From Candidatus Omnitrophota bacterium (GTDB lineage Bacteria; Omnitrophota; Gorgyraeia; Zapsychrales; Zapsychraceae), in contig JAJDCB010000006.1 of the NCBI GenBank assembly GCA_029261065.1, forward strand, positions 64,284-128,283: a stretch of 64,000 nucleotides of DNA, written 5' to 3'. A program made the position numbers and the translations under genes. Under the pieces are notes generated by a model. The model did not search any database. It was not told the origin of the DNA and worked only from the letters and a program-made list of their open reading frames with translations. Shown in pieces: positions 52,762 through 62,787 of this stretch; positions within the stretch are counted from its first letter, which is position 1, and the number at the start of each line of letters is the position of its first letter.

Positions 52762-52908
52762 AGTTTTATCCCATACTAAATGTCAGAATTATAGCACACA
52801 TCTTGAAAGAAGAGGATCTGGGGAAGGAAGACGTTTAAAACTTTTAAAAGCTAACCTTTTTAATTAGTTGCGGGGACCTAGGTAACCTATGCCAAATACG
52901 TGTCAACA

Positions 52909-54102
52909 TTAATCTTTCCTTAATTGAGTTGAAACACCTATCGGTGTTGGTAATTTTAATACAACTATATAACTAGATGCAATAAACGTAAAGATCGTAG
53001 TCAATTGAATCAATTGAGCCGCAGAAGTACTAATATGGCTTAGCTCTACTGCTAATAGAGCAACCAACAATGAAAACTCGCTCAATTGTCCAAGCCTTAT
53101 ACTAGCCTCTCTAGAGAATTCATCATTTTCACCTGACAATATAAATGCCTTTTTCAATACCAACGGTTTAAATACTACAAATACCGTAGCCAGAATTAAA
53201 GCAGGCACAAATATGTCTTTCATTATAAATAAATCCAATTTTGCTCCTAAAGTAAAGAAGAACAACACCAAGAAAAAATCTCTGAGAGGCTTTAAGGATT
53301 CTGAAATAAAAAGCGAAACTTTATGTTCAGCTAGAACTACGCCAGCAAAAAATGCTCCCGTCTCATAAAATAATCCCATACTATGCGAAATACTAGCAAT
53401 TCCAAAACACCACGCTAACCCAAAAACAAATAAAACTTCCTGCAAGCGATCGACTCGAGCCATGACTTTTTTCAAAACAACTAATTGAAACAAAAACAAT
53501 CCAGCAATAAAGAATATGAGTTTAACCGATAATATTGAGAAACTTAGCACACTGCCCTCTTCAGCGCCTAAAGATCTAATAAAAGCCAACACAGCTATAG
53601 CTATTAAATCCTGCAAAATGAGAACACCAATACAAGACGATCCCATCTTTCCCTGATGTAAAGTAGTCGTCGGTAAAAGCTTCACAACCAGGATCGTACT
53701 TGAAAACATCAATGCAAGACCAATACACAAACTATCAATAAGAGAAAATCTAAATAAATAGGCAAATGCAAATGCGATTACAAAAGAAAACAAACAATTA
53801 ATAAAAGTAACAATTGCTGTTTTTTGAAATAATCGAACCAATTCTTTCGGGTTTAAACTTAATCCGGCCAGAAATAGTAAGAGTGTGATACCAAGATGAG
53901 AAATACCATCGATAAAATCAACATTCTTAATCCAACCAAAGCCCCACGGTCCGGCTATAATCCCACAAAGAATATACGCAATAATGATAGGCTGTTTAAG
54001 AAGTACGGCAAAATAGGATAAAATAGCCGCACCTACAAGTAGAACGCTTAAATCTAATATAAAAGAATCCATATGCATAATAATATTCTTCGTTAGTTCC
54101 AA
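52909..54102 (-). CDS. cation:proton antiporter, CPA2/Kef type (membrane domain only)
   Basis: LKQPIIIAYIL, FSSTILVVK, LILQD, LRDFFLVLFF, GQLSEF. Confidence 0.88.
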   Translation of the reverse strand: MELTKNIIMHMDSFILDLSVLLVGAAILSYFAVLLKQPIIIAYILCGIIAGPWGFGWIKNVDFIDGISHLGITLLLFLAGLSLNPKELVRLFQKTAIVTFINCLFSFVIAFAFAYLFRFSLIDSLCIGLALMFSSTILVVKLLPTTTLHQGKMGSSCIGVLILQDLIAIAVLAFIRSLGAEEGSVLSFSILSVKLIFFIAGLFLFQLVVLKKVMARVDRLQEVLFVFGLAWCFGIASISHSMGLFYETGAFFAGVVLAEHKVSLFISESLKPLRDFFLVLFFFTLGAKLDLFIMKDIFVPALILATVFVVFKPLVLKKAFILSGENDEFSREASIRLGQLSEFSLLVALLAVELSHISTSAAQLIQLTTIFTFIASSYIVVLKLPTPIGVSTQLRKD

Positions 54103-54131
54103 TCCCTTTGTTTAGCTTGTTTACTCATAGA

Positions 54132-54842
54132 TTATACACTCTGCATAAGTTCATTGAAATACCTTGGAAGCCTCACCTTAAACTTCATTTCCTTCTTAGT
54201 GTGTGGATGCGTTATAACAAGAGAAGCCGAATGAAGAGCAAGTCTTCTAATACCCTTTTCTTTAAATCCATATTTTTTATCACCAACAACCGGGCAACCT
54301 TCCTCTGAGCAGTGCACCCGAATTTGGTTCTTTCGACCTGTCAATAATTCAACCTCTAACAAACTATATTTTTCCGTTTTTTTCAATACCGTATAAGCTG
54401 TTTTTGAAAGTTTACCCTCTTCTGGACTCTTTACAGAATACATTTTATGAATACCATTCTCAGCCAAATATGAAGTTATAATGTCTTTCTTTTTAGGCAT
54501 TTGGCCAGAAACAATCACATAATAGGTTTTCTTTGAATTCCCCCACTGATCCTGCAAATAAAGTTTAGCTTTTTCACTCTTTGCAAAAACAACAACACCT
54601 GAGGTATCCCTATCTAATCGATGAACAATAAAAACACGTTTCCGTGATTTTGAATTACCTTTGCGAACATAATTATTCAGTAAATCATATGCCGTATTTC
54701 CCTTCACCCCATCCGTACTAATCGTTAAAAGACTACAACTTTTATTAACAACAATAATATCATGATCTTCATGTAGAATATCAAGCCCTTTAGGCTGAAA
54801 GCGTGGGGGGGGCTTTTTAAAACTTTTAGGTTCACTAGACAT
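54132..54842 (-). CDS. RluA family pseudouridine synthase
   Basis: VHRLDRDTSG, TGRKNQIRVH, GDKKYG, LALHS. Confidence 0.92.
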   Translation of the reverse strand: MSSEPKSFKKPPPRFQPKGLDILHEDHDIIVVNKSCSLLTISTDGVKGNTAYDLLNNYVRKGNSKSRKRVFIVHRLDRDTSGVVVFAKSEKAKLYLQDQWGNSKKTYYVIVSGQMPKKKDIITSYLAENGIHKMYSVKSPEEGKLSKTAYTVLKKTEKYSLLEVELLTGRKNQIRVHCSEEGCPVVGDKKYGFKEKGIRRLALHSASLVITHPHTKKEMKFKVRLPRYFNELMQSV

Positions 54843-54891
54843 AACGATCTTTGCTCCTTAAACATTACTATTCAATGTTATTGTTTGCGCC

Positions 54892-56367
54892 TTATTTCAA
54901 AAGATTTTTTCCCAAAGAACAAACTTTGTCGATTAATCCATCAACCTCTTTAATCGTCGTACGGGAGTTAATAAAACATGGTCGAATAACTAATTTACCA
55001 TTAACACGCGTTGTCGATGGGACATAAAGGCTTTCTTCTCTTAGTTTTTCCGCTATAGCTTCATTTAATTCATCAAGAGCTGTTTCATCTAAACCAGGGC
55101 TGACATAACGAAAACAACAAATAGACAGCTCTACACAACCTACCTGTTCTAGTCGATCCTTCTGTTGTATCCGCATAGATATATGTCTTGCATAACTATT
55201 GTGTCGAGAAACTCGGTCTCGCATACCCTGCGCCCCAATTTCTTTAAGAATAGCCCAAACCATTACACCTCGTGAAGGTGCTGATTGGGCGACACCGAAC
55301 TCATGATACTGATCACCAAAAGTATCAAACGGAGACCTATGTTCTCCTTGCCCTATAGAACCCTCCAAATATTCAGCGGGTTCAAGCGTTAAGGCTCGTC
55401 CTAAAAGATTTCGATCACAAACAAAAGCGGCCCCACATCCAACAGGTGCCGCCAACCATTTATGTGGATCAACAGCTGCAGAATTTGCCCGCTCAAACCC
55501 TTTATACAAATGCGAAACCTGTGGATCGAGCTTACCAAACAAACCATAAGCTCCATCAACATGCAGCCACGTATTGTATTCTTCTGCAATATCTGCCATG
55601 TCATTAATCGGATCAACAACACCCGTATTAACTGTTCCGGCACTGGCAACAATTGCTATAGGTATAATCCCCTGTTTCTTATCTTCCTTTAAAGTCTTTC
55701 GTAATTCATCCAAATTTATTTTTTGATTTTCACAGACAGAAATAGAGACTACATTTTTACGACCTAATCCAAGTACGCCGACTGCACGAAGAATAACATG
55801 ATGCGCCTCACGACTTGCATAGATCTTCCATTGTTTATCTCCAGGTAATCCATCTTTTGCTGGATCAATTCCAATTTTTTCAAATGCTGATTGTCTTGCC
55901 GCTGCCAAACCAATGATATTAGCAACCGATCCTCCACTCACAAAAATACCTTGCCACTGAGACGGAATACCTAAAAGTTCTTTTAACCACGATAATCCAA
56001 GAGTTTCTAAAAAATTAAAACTCGTATCCCAAACCCGTTGTGAACCAGCGACCATAGATGCAAGTCCAGCTGTTGCTCCCGCTACTGTTGGTGCTGTTGT
56101 AATCCATCCACTAAAACCCGGTGCACCATTGCGCAATCCATTTGGAATAATAACATTATTTAATTCTTCAATAACACAATCAACGCCCTCTCCTTTTTGA
56201 GGCAAGGGCTTATCGAGTATGGCCTTCCATTTATCCTTATTTAAAACCGCTTCATCCTGCCCTTCAAACAAATTAAACTTCTCTAACGCCGGAAGTATTT
56301 TCTTAACACACCCAGATAAATCTTTAATCTGAGCCTTTTCATCAACATCATTTGATTGTGATTCCAT
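54892..56367 (-). CDS. group II PLP-dependent amino acid decarboxylase
   Basis: SGGSVAN, AGTVNTGVVD, WLHVDGAYG, DPHKWL, ICCFRY. Confidence 0.9.
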   Translation of the reverse strand: MESQSNDVDEKAQIKDLSGCVKKILPALEKFNLFEGQDEAVLNKDKWKAILDKPLPQKGEGVDCVIEELNNVIIPNGLRNGAPGFSGWITTAPTVAGATAGLASMVAGSQRVWDTSFNFLETLGLSWLKELLGIPSQWQGIFVSGGSVANIIGLAAARQSAFEKIGIDPAKDGLPGDKQWKIYASREAHHVILRAVGVLGLGRKNVVSISVCENQKINLDELRKTLKEDKKQGIIPIAIVASAGTVNTGVVDPINDMADIAEEYNTWLHVDGAYGLFGKLDPQVSHLYKGFERANSAAVDPHKWLAAPVGCGAAFVCDRNLLGRALTLEPAEYLEGSIGQGEHRSPFDTFGDQYHEFGVAQSAPSRGVMVWAILKEIGAQGMRDRVSRHNSYARHISMRIQQKDRLEQVGCVELSICCFRYVSPGLDETALDELNEAIAEKLREESLYVPSTTRVNGKLVIRPCFINSRTTIKEVDGLIDKVCSLGKNLLK

Positions 56368-56380
56368 AAACTTCTCCTAA

Positions 56381-57874
56381 TTACCTTGGTTGCATCCATC
56401 CCGGTAAAAACGAATAAGGATCAACCGTACTTAATTCATCAAAGCTAACATTACTATCTCTTAGTTGCCCTTGTAACACCTTACTATTGTAGGAATCAAA
56501 AAGATCGGTACATCCACCAATAAATTTTCCGCCAATAAATATTTGGGGAATAGTTTTGCATCCTGTCTTAGCTGTAAGAGCGGCACGAATGCGACCGCCC
56601 CAATCATCATCTTGATAAGCAACAGAATCTAAATCAATAGAATTATACTCAATACCTAGTTTCTTAAACATTTTTCGAGCTGACCAACAAAACTCACACC
56701 ATTCTAAAGCAAAAAATGCGATAGGCTTACTATTATCACTAATAGCATCTTCAACAAACTTAACCGCCTTTTCGTCTAACTCAACAGGCACCTCTTTCTC
56801 TTTCTTTTCTGGTGGAGCCGGTGGTGGCGCATCAAATCGTGCCGTCGGTGTTGATCGAGAAATTTCAAGCTCTTGTTCTGTCATTTCTTCTGATATCTCA
56901 TAAAATAATGGTGTCGACAAATACCTTTCGCCGGTGTCTGGAAGCATAACCAGAATGTTTGAACCATCAGGTGCATCTTTTGCCACTTCAAGGGCACCGG
57001 CTAATGTTGCTCCAGCAGATACTCCAACAAAAATACCTTCTTTTTGTGCCAAGTCCATCGAACACTGCAAGGCTTTTTTACCCGCAATAGACACAAGTCG
57101 ATCAATCAATTTGCTATTAACTACATCTTCTGTTAATTGCGGAATAAAATCTGGAGACCATCCTTGCATTAAATGTGGCCGAAAACTAGGATGACTTTCT
57201 TCTATGCTTCCATCTGCATTTCTATTTTGTGAAATGCCACTTGCGAGCAACTGTGAATTATCCGGCTCGCAAACAATCACTTTTGTCTTTGGGCTTTTAT
57301 CCTTTAACACACGAGAAACACCTTTAAGCGTTCCGCCCGTTCCAAACCCTGTCACCCAATAATCTAATTGTGTATCTTTAAAATCTTCCAAAAGTTCTTC
57401 TGCTGTTGTACGTGAATGTATATCAGCATTTGCTTCGTTTTCAAACTGTCGTGTCAAATACCAGCCATTCTTTTGAGCCAGTTCAACAGCTTTATCAAGC
57501 ATGCCTTTTCCTTTTAAAAAAGCAGGCGTTAAAACAACTTGAGCGCCAAGAAAACGCATAAGTTTTCGTCTTTCTACGCTAAAACTTTCGGCCATAACAA
57601 TAACAAGAGGATAACCTTTTTGAGCACAAACCATTGCTAAACCAATTCCTGTATTTCCACTTGTTGCCTCAATCACAGTTTGTCCTGGCTTTAGATCCCC
57701 CGATTTCTCAGCGGCTTCAATCACACCTAAAGCTAAACGATCTTTGATCGAGCTCATCGGATTAAATGATTCTAGCTTCACAAAAATATTAACGTTTTGA
57801 GGTGTTAACTTGCTAATTTTAACAACGGGTGTATTCCCAATTGTTTCAAGAATGTTAGAATACCTATGCCCCAT
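56381..57874 (-). CDS. cysK: cysteine synthase A fused to a C-terminal glutaredoxin domain
   Basis: IGNTP, SIKDR, EATSGNTG, GTGGT, PDTGERYLST; then WCEFC, TIPQIFIGGKFIGGCTD. Confidence 0.88.
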   Translation of the reverse strand: MGHRYSNILETIGNTPVVKISKLTPQNVNIFVKLESFNPMSSIKDRLALGVIEAAEKSGDLKPGQTVIEATSGNTGIGLAMVCAQKGYPLVIVMAESFSVERRKLMRFLGAQVVLTPAFLKGKGMLDKAVELAQKNGWYLTRQFENEANADIHSRTTAEELLEDFKDTQLDYWVTGFGTGGTLKGVSRVLKDKSPKTKVIVCEPDNSQLLASGISQNRNADGSIEESHPSFRPHLMQGWSPDFIPQLTEDVVNSKLIDRLVSIAGKKALQCSMDLAQKEGIFVGVSAGATLAGALEVAKDAPDGSNILVMLPDTGERYLSTPLFYEISEEMTEQELEISRSTPTARFDAPPPAPPEKKEKEVPVELDEKAVKFVEDAISDNSKPIAFFALEWCEFCWSARKMFKKLGIEYNSIDLDSVAYQDDDWGGRIRAALTAKTGCKTIPQIFIGGKFIGGCTDLFDSYNSKVLQGQLRDSNVSFDELSTVDPYSFLPGWMQPR

Positions 57875-57950
57875 ACCGCCTCCTTATTTTTATGCCAAAA
57901 ATTGTGCAACAATTGTACGTTGCTCTGTGATATTTAAATATAATATAGAA

Positions 57951-57985
57951 ACGGACCCTAGTTTCTTATCAAAATTAGGGTCCGT
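57951..57985. repeat. intergenic hairpin between dsrE-like gene and cysK
   Basis: ACGGACCCTA...TAGGGTCCGT perfect 10-bp arms. Confidence 0.6.
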
Positions 57986-58033
57986 CGTTAGATATTAGGG
58001 ATTGCATACTTTGTTACTGGGATATTTGCTCCA

Positions 58034-58399
58034 TTAAAAACTCAATGTCGCTGCTCCATTTTTAATCAGTTCATGCATAGGACTAGCACCTGTAATAATA
58101 GCACCTTCAATAAAATCTTCTTGTGTATAGCCTCTAGCACTAACACACGGTTTACATACCCACAAGGCACCCTCACGCTTTAAAAAATCAGCAACCAAAT
58201 CTTTAATCAATTCCAGTGGATGATGTTGCACTTGATTGCATGAATTTTTCCGAACAAGGTCAACTCCATCACCCGTTAAAAATATAGACACCTTAAGACC
58301 AGCCGTAATCCCACCATTGGCAATAGTACATCCAATAGAAGCTTTCTCTTCATGCGGCCCGCTTGAGATAACTACAACTAAATTTCTTTCATCAGCCAT
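58034..58399 (-). CDS. DsrE/F-like protein (start probably 58399)
   Basis: IFLTGDGVDLV, VCKPCVSARG, GAATLSF; SD AAGGAG. Confidence 0.82.
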   Translation of the reverse strand: MADERNLVVVISSGPHEEKASIGCTIANGGITAGLKVSIFLTGDGVDLVRKNSCNQVQHHPLELIKDLVADFLKREGALWVCKPCVSARGYTQEDFIEGAIITGASPMHELIKNGAATLSF

Positions 58400-58530
58400 T
58401 ATCACTTTCTCCTTTTTCTTGGTACCATTCACTATAAAACTAGTATCTGAAGTTTTATTTGAAAATTATTCTAGCATATAAATTAAAAAAATAGCTGAAA
58501 TAACTGAGGGCACCGGACGGCTAACCCTCG

Positions 58531-58587
58531 AAAGACTAGAAGTGTCAGATCTCATATCTAACTATGAAATAAGGACTTATCTATTAT
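58531..58587 (+). repeat. dispersed repeat copy F1
   Basis: aaagactagaagtgtcagatctc...; 58533-58587 is 49/55 identical to 62788-62842. Confidence 0.85.
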
Positions 58588-58643
58588 TTCTTACTGTTTT
58601 CTCTTTTTATGCACACACTGGGTACCAAAATCAAATTTTAAAA

Positions 58644-59591
58644 TTACAATTTATCCAAATATTTTAAGACCTTATCCATAATTTCATTTAACGAAATTTG
58701 TCCCTGATAATACAAAGCCGACGTTTTTTTATATTCTTTTTCAAAGATTTCTCTTGTTGCTGTGTCTTTCAGCAAAAATGCCTCTTGTTCAAATATTGGA
58801 ACTTCCAAGTCTTTTGCATAAAACCTTTTTTTCTTATGTTTTTTGTATTCTTCTGTACCAATGAATTTCTGAACAATGTCATTATCAAAAAGACACGCAA
58901 CATCATAATAATGCCTTAAAAAATTGGTGGGCATTTCCCCTTCATCTTGAAATTTTCGAAACTTCGCTGCAATCGTTTGTAATTTCTCAACAAATGTATA
59001 TCCTGGATGATAACATTTCACGTTATGCGCTTTATTATCTATGACCTCAACACCCTTTTGTTGAGCAAATTCAAGAGCCCAAGAACTAATCGTTAAAGGA
59101 CTGTTAGGCGTGACATCATCAAAACCAACTTCAAGCAAAACTCCTTCTTTTAATCCGCCTGCTCGAGGAAAGGCATCCTTGTAATAAAGGCCAATCCCTC
59201 CACTTGTATATTTTTCATTATCAAACTCTGTGTTACGAACTATTTTCTCTATTCCGTCAATCTTAATATTTTTCGCAAGCCAATCGTAGTAATTCTTGCG
59301 GCCTTCACAATGCTGTGGTTTAGTATGATTTTTTCCTGTCATAACATTCATATTAGAAGGTGGTTCAATACGAAGATCAATATCTTCGGAAAAACGATGA
59401 ATAATATTACACCCTTTGGAAAGCGATGTCCCACCTTTTAACTCAAACGTAAAACCCCCTTGTTGCAATCCATATAAAACATGCATTATCCAGTAGTCTT
59501 TTTCTATCAGACTACTATCAATGCCTTTTTCATGCTCTACTGTTCGCAAAAGTTGTTTAAATTCAGAATGATTATGCAAATAATCAGGCAT
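58644..59591 (-). CDS. AbiEii/AbiGii family nucleotidyltransferase toxin (start probably 59591)
   Basis: IEKDYW, LKGGTSLSK, RFSEDIDL, TFVEKL, RHYYDV; SD GAGGAG. Confidence 0.9.
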   Translation of the reverse strand: MPDYLHNHSEFKQLLRTVEHEKGIDSSLIEKDYWIMHVLYGLQQGGFTFELKGGTSLSKGCNIIHRFSEDIDLRIEPPSNMNVMTGKNHTKPQHCEGRKNYYDWLAKNIKIDGIEKIVRNTEFDNEKYTSGGIGLYYKDAFPRAGGLKEGVLLEVGFDDVTPNSPLTISSWALEFAQQKGVEVIDNKAHNVKCYHPGYTFVEKLQTIAAKFRKFQDEGEMPTNFLRHYYDVACLFDNDIVQKFIGTEEYKKHKKKRFYAKDLEVPIFEQEAFLLKDTATREIFEKEYKKTSALYYQGQISLNEIMDKVLKYLDKL

Positions 59592-59593
59592 GC

Positions 59594-60175
59594 CTAAAAC
59601 TCCTCTGACATCCAATGATTAAACTTATTTTTTGTTCTTTCCCCTGCATATGCATTAAAAGCTCTTTTCATTTGTGATTCAGACTCTTGCAAAACTTTTT
59701 CCTTAACATTTTGTAATATATACTCTCTATCTTCAGCCAATTCATTTAAATTATTCAACAAATCAACTAACAAAAACGCTCTTGAAAGTTTTCTAGGAAA
59801 TTTATGCTTTAAATGAAAATCAAACACTTTTCCTCCAAGCATAAATTGACCATGTCGTTTATGATTATAAACAACTCTTTTATTATATAATTGTGTTGTT
59901 CCGACTCCTAAAGAATTATACAAATTAGGTGTCGTCAAAAGAAAGTCATCACTCTTTAAAAAAACACTCACAAGTTTTTCATCTTCAGGTGGTACATTCC
60001 CAAACGATGCCTTCACAGGATAATAGTACAATCCTTGTGCCAACCTTTGCAAAGTTTCCTCTTCTACAAGTTGTTTTAAATGTCTATCTACGGCATTTGA
60101 CCATTTCTCAAGATCACTTCTGCGATAAACTTGTCCTGGTTTCAGATGTTTTTTTAGCCTTTCAAGTGTATTCAT
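59594..60175 (-). CDS. AbiEi-like antitoxin / winged-helix regulator
   Basis: VYRRSDL, VDRHLKQLV, LQRLAQGLYY, YNSLGVGTTQ; directly upstream of AbiEii. Confidence 0.8.
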   Translation of the reverse strand: MNTLERLKKHLKPGQVYRRSDLEKWSNAVDRHLKQLVEEETLQRLAQGLYYYPVKASFGNVPPEDEKLVSVFLKSDDFLLTTPNLYNSLGVGTTQLYNKRVVYNHKRHGQFMLGGKVFDFHLKHKFPRKLSRAFLLVDLLNNLNELAEDREYILQNVKEKVLQESESQMKRAFNAYAGERTKNKFNHWMSEEF

Positions 60176-60197
60176 TTTTGCCTCCTCCTACACTACA

Positions 60198-60226
60198 AGT
60201 ATAAAACCTTTTCCAGTAAATTGCAA
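60198..60226 (-). promoter_or_regulatory. sigma70 promoter of the AbiE operon
   Basis: TTGCAA-17 bp-TATACT; SD AGGAGG before ATG 60175. Confidence 0.65.
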
Positions 60227-60385
60227 GCTTTTTAATTTAAGTTTCATGCAATTATATCAACAACTTATTAGTTCAAACATTGAATTTACCGAACCTATCA
60301 AACCATGAATAATATATAAGTATATGCAATGTAATAAGTTGCGCATATCTATTGTTATGAAGACTAAAAGACCAAAAATTTTTGC

Positions 60386-60402
60386 GGAAGACTAGAAGTG
60401 TC
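60386..60402 (+). repeat. dispersed repeat copy F2
   Basis: ggaagactagaagtgtc, perfect inverted partner at 61716-61732. Confidence 0.85.
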
Positions 60403-60424
60403 GTGCCGTTTTCAATTAAATTAT

Positions 60425-61660
60425 TTATGACTTCAAAGCTTGAAAATCAGCTCCTGTTGGATTTTGAAAAACACGTAAATCGAACTCAGGAATAACCGCT
60501 AAGATATGATCAAAAATATCAGCTTGAATGGCTTCATAATTCGCCCAGACTTGGTCATTACTGAAAACGTATATCTCAATTGGTAAACCATGTTCACTCG
60601 GGGCTAAATGTCGAACAAGAAATGTCATCTCCTTATGGATCTTGGGATGGTTGCGCAAATAATTGATAATATAAGCGCGGAGAGTTCCGATATTTGTTAA
60701 ACGCCGACCATTAATCAACTCATCGGCATCTATATCTTTGACTTTATTAAAGTCCGTTATCTCCTTTGTTTTTTCTTTGAGATAATCTTTTAAAAATTCA
60801 AACTTTTCAAACTTCTTTGAAAGATCTTCATCAACAAATTTGATGGAATTCATATCAATATTAAAAGACCGTTTGATCCTGCGTCCACCAGATTCTTGCA
60901 TGCCCCGCCAATTTTTAAATGAATCTGAAATCAAAGCATATGTTGGAATCGTCGTGATTGTTTTATCCCAATTTTTCACCATGACTGTTGTTAAGGTCAT
61001 ATCAATAACATCTCCATCAGCACCATAGTTAGGCATTTCTATCCAATCCCCACGCGCTACCATATTATTGGAAGTCAATTGAATACCCGCGACCAATCCC
61101 AAAATCATATCCTTAAAAATTAACAGTAGGACTGCGGTTAAACCACCAAAAACACTTAAGAATCCCCAAGGCGATTTATTCATTAAAGTGGAAATGACAA
61201 ACAATACTGTTAAGAAGTACACGATTATTTTGACGGCCTGAAGATAGCCTTTAATCGGTCTTTTACGTGAGGAATCAAAGCGTTGATAGATAATTAAGAC
61301 AGCATCCAATATGGCACCAAATACCCAACATGCCACTATAATCATATAGGCATTAGCCAGACGTTTGATCACATCCATAATCGTTGGGGATGCTTCTAAC
61401 CACACTGGAGCTAAAAAATAAATCAAAAACGCGGGGGCAAAATGCGATACATTCTTAAAAACATCCTTCTCAACAAAAACATCATCCCAATCATTTTTCG
61501 TTTTACGAATAAGGGCTCTGACTAAACGTAAAATAGAATTTTTTGCAATAACGTTAACAACCCAACATAAAATCAATAAAACGATGATCTTAATCGCAAC
61601 GATGATCGACCCTACATATTGTTCAGGAATACCGCTCTGAGTTATCCAATTCTGTAACAT
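60425..61660 (-). CDS. mechanosensitive channel, MscS family (YbdG-like)
   Basis: FKDMILGLVAGIQL, GDWIEMP, NWDKTITTIP, SGGRRIKRS, YEAIQADIFDH. Confidence 0.92.
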   Translation of the reverse strand: MLQNWITQSGIPEQYVGSIIVAIKIIVLLILCWVVNVIAKNSILRLVRALIRKTKNDWDDVFVEKDVFKNVSHFAPAFLIYFLAPVWLEASPTIMDVIKRLANAYMIIVACWVFGAILDAVLIIYQRFDSSRKRPIKGYLQAVKIIVYFLTVLFVISTLMNKSPWGFLSVFGGLTAVLLLIFKDMILGLVAGIQLTSNNMVARGDWIEMPNYGADGDVIDMTLTTVMVKNWDKTITTIPTYALISDSFKNWRGMQESGGRRIKRSFNIDMNSIKFVDEDLSKKFEKFEFLKDYLKEKTKEITDFNKVKDIDADELINGRRLTNIGTLRAYIINYLRNHPKIHKEMTFLVRHLAPSEHGLPIEIYVFSNDQVWANYEAIQADIFDHILAVIPEFDLRVFQNPTGADFQALKS

Positions 61661-61713
61661 ATTAAAAGCTCCTTTTAAATGGTTCTGTAAAAGTTTTAAG
61701 AATTCTTATTTTG

Positions 61714-61732
61714 CTGACACTTCTAGTCTTCC
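61714..61732 (-). repeat. dispersed repeat copy R2
   Basis: ctgacacttctagtcttcc. Confidence 0.85.
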
Positions 61733-61738
61733 TATTAT

Positions 61739-62743
61739 TTATTTACTTATGAAATAGGGCAAATCGACACGACTACGACCCTTATCGTCAAATGAAAAAC
61801 CAAAATCATACTCTGAGGACGAACTAAATTCGACCTTATCGTAAAAGCCCGGATCCGATGAATAGCCTTGCAATTTATTGTAAAGCTTCTTAGATCCATA
61901 AGGCCAATTTTGCCCTACAATCACTCCAGGAATTTGACCACACCCTACCTCAGCCTCAACAAACGTTTCACGTTTGGCTGCATTAAGTAATGCGTAGCGC
62001 TTAATATGCTCATCAGCCCTTTTTGTCTTTTTAAATTTATTGAGCTTCAATACTTCGACAAGATATGTAATATCATTACTCTTAATCTGGCCAGCCTGAT
62101 TATAATCAACTTTTGTCACTTTGACTTTTTGAATAACATATTCTTTTTTGCATCGAGGTGCTTCAACATAATTATAAAACAGAAAAAAGAATTGATTATT
62201 CTTATAGCTTTTCGCATATCTTTTATTAAGCACACTATTATAATTTAAACCCGCCTTCTTGGCTAAAGGCACATTTTTCTTGTAGGCTACAGTCTCTTTG
62301 TACGGTTTTGGCATCGTAACTTTTCCCGAATTAGAGTTTAGCTTTTCCATACCATCTTTGATGGTTGGCGCGGTGATCTTCACCCCTCGCTTAGGATTCT
62401 TTTTCCTAACTCTCTTCTTTGGTTGATTTTGTGATTGAGGAACCGTATCGACACGACTCTCTTTGGGCTCTTGAGAAAAATATCTTTGCTGACCTTGAGC
62501 GACCTTTTTCTTAAAAAGGGTACCTGCGCTTACCTTTGGAACAATTGATTTCTTTATGCTTTCAATGTCATCTAAATAATACGTTATACCAACGCCTACG
62601 CCCAAATCAACCTTAATGAACTCATTCGTTTGCTCTACAATTTTACCTTCAACTGTATCTCCAGACTTAAACTGAATAGTTTCTGCATGACTAGCTATTG
62701 TGATGAGTAAAAATGAAGAAATTACGAGGAATTTATTACGCAT
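61739..62743 (-). CDS. secreted hypothetical protein
   Basis: Signal peptide, small N-terminal ETIQFKSGDTVEGKI domain, Lys/Pro-rich linker, uncharacterised C-terminal domain. Confidence 0.7.
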   Translation of the reverse strand: MRNKFLVISSFLLITIASHAETIQFKSGDTVEGKIVEQTNEFIKVDLGVGVGITYYLDDIESIKKSIVPKVSAGTLFKKKVAQGQQRYFSQEPKESRVDTVPQSQNQPKKRVRKKNPKRGVKITAPTIKDGMEKLNSNSGKVTMPKPYKETVAYKKNVPLAKKAGLNYNSVLNKRYAKSYKNNQFFFLFYNYVEAPRCKKEYVIQKVKVTKVDYNQAGQIKSNDITYLVEVLKLNKFKKTKRADEHIKRYALLNAAKRETFVEAEVGCGQIPGVIVGQNWPYGSKKLYNKLQGYSSDPGFYDKVEFSSSSEYDFGFSFDDKGRSRVDLPYFISK

Positions 62744-62749
62744 TTGGGT

Positions 62750-62778
62750 ATTCTAAAGGTCTAGGTGAGATGTGTCAA
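62750..62778 (-). promoter_or_regulatory. sigma70 promoter, leaderless
   Basis: TTGACA-17 bp-TAGAAT, 6 nt before ATG 62743. Confidence 0.7.
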
Positions 62779-62787
62779 TTCGTAAAG

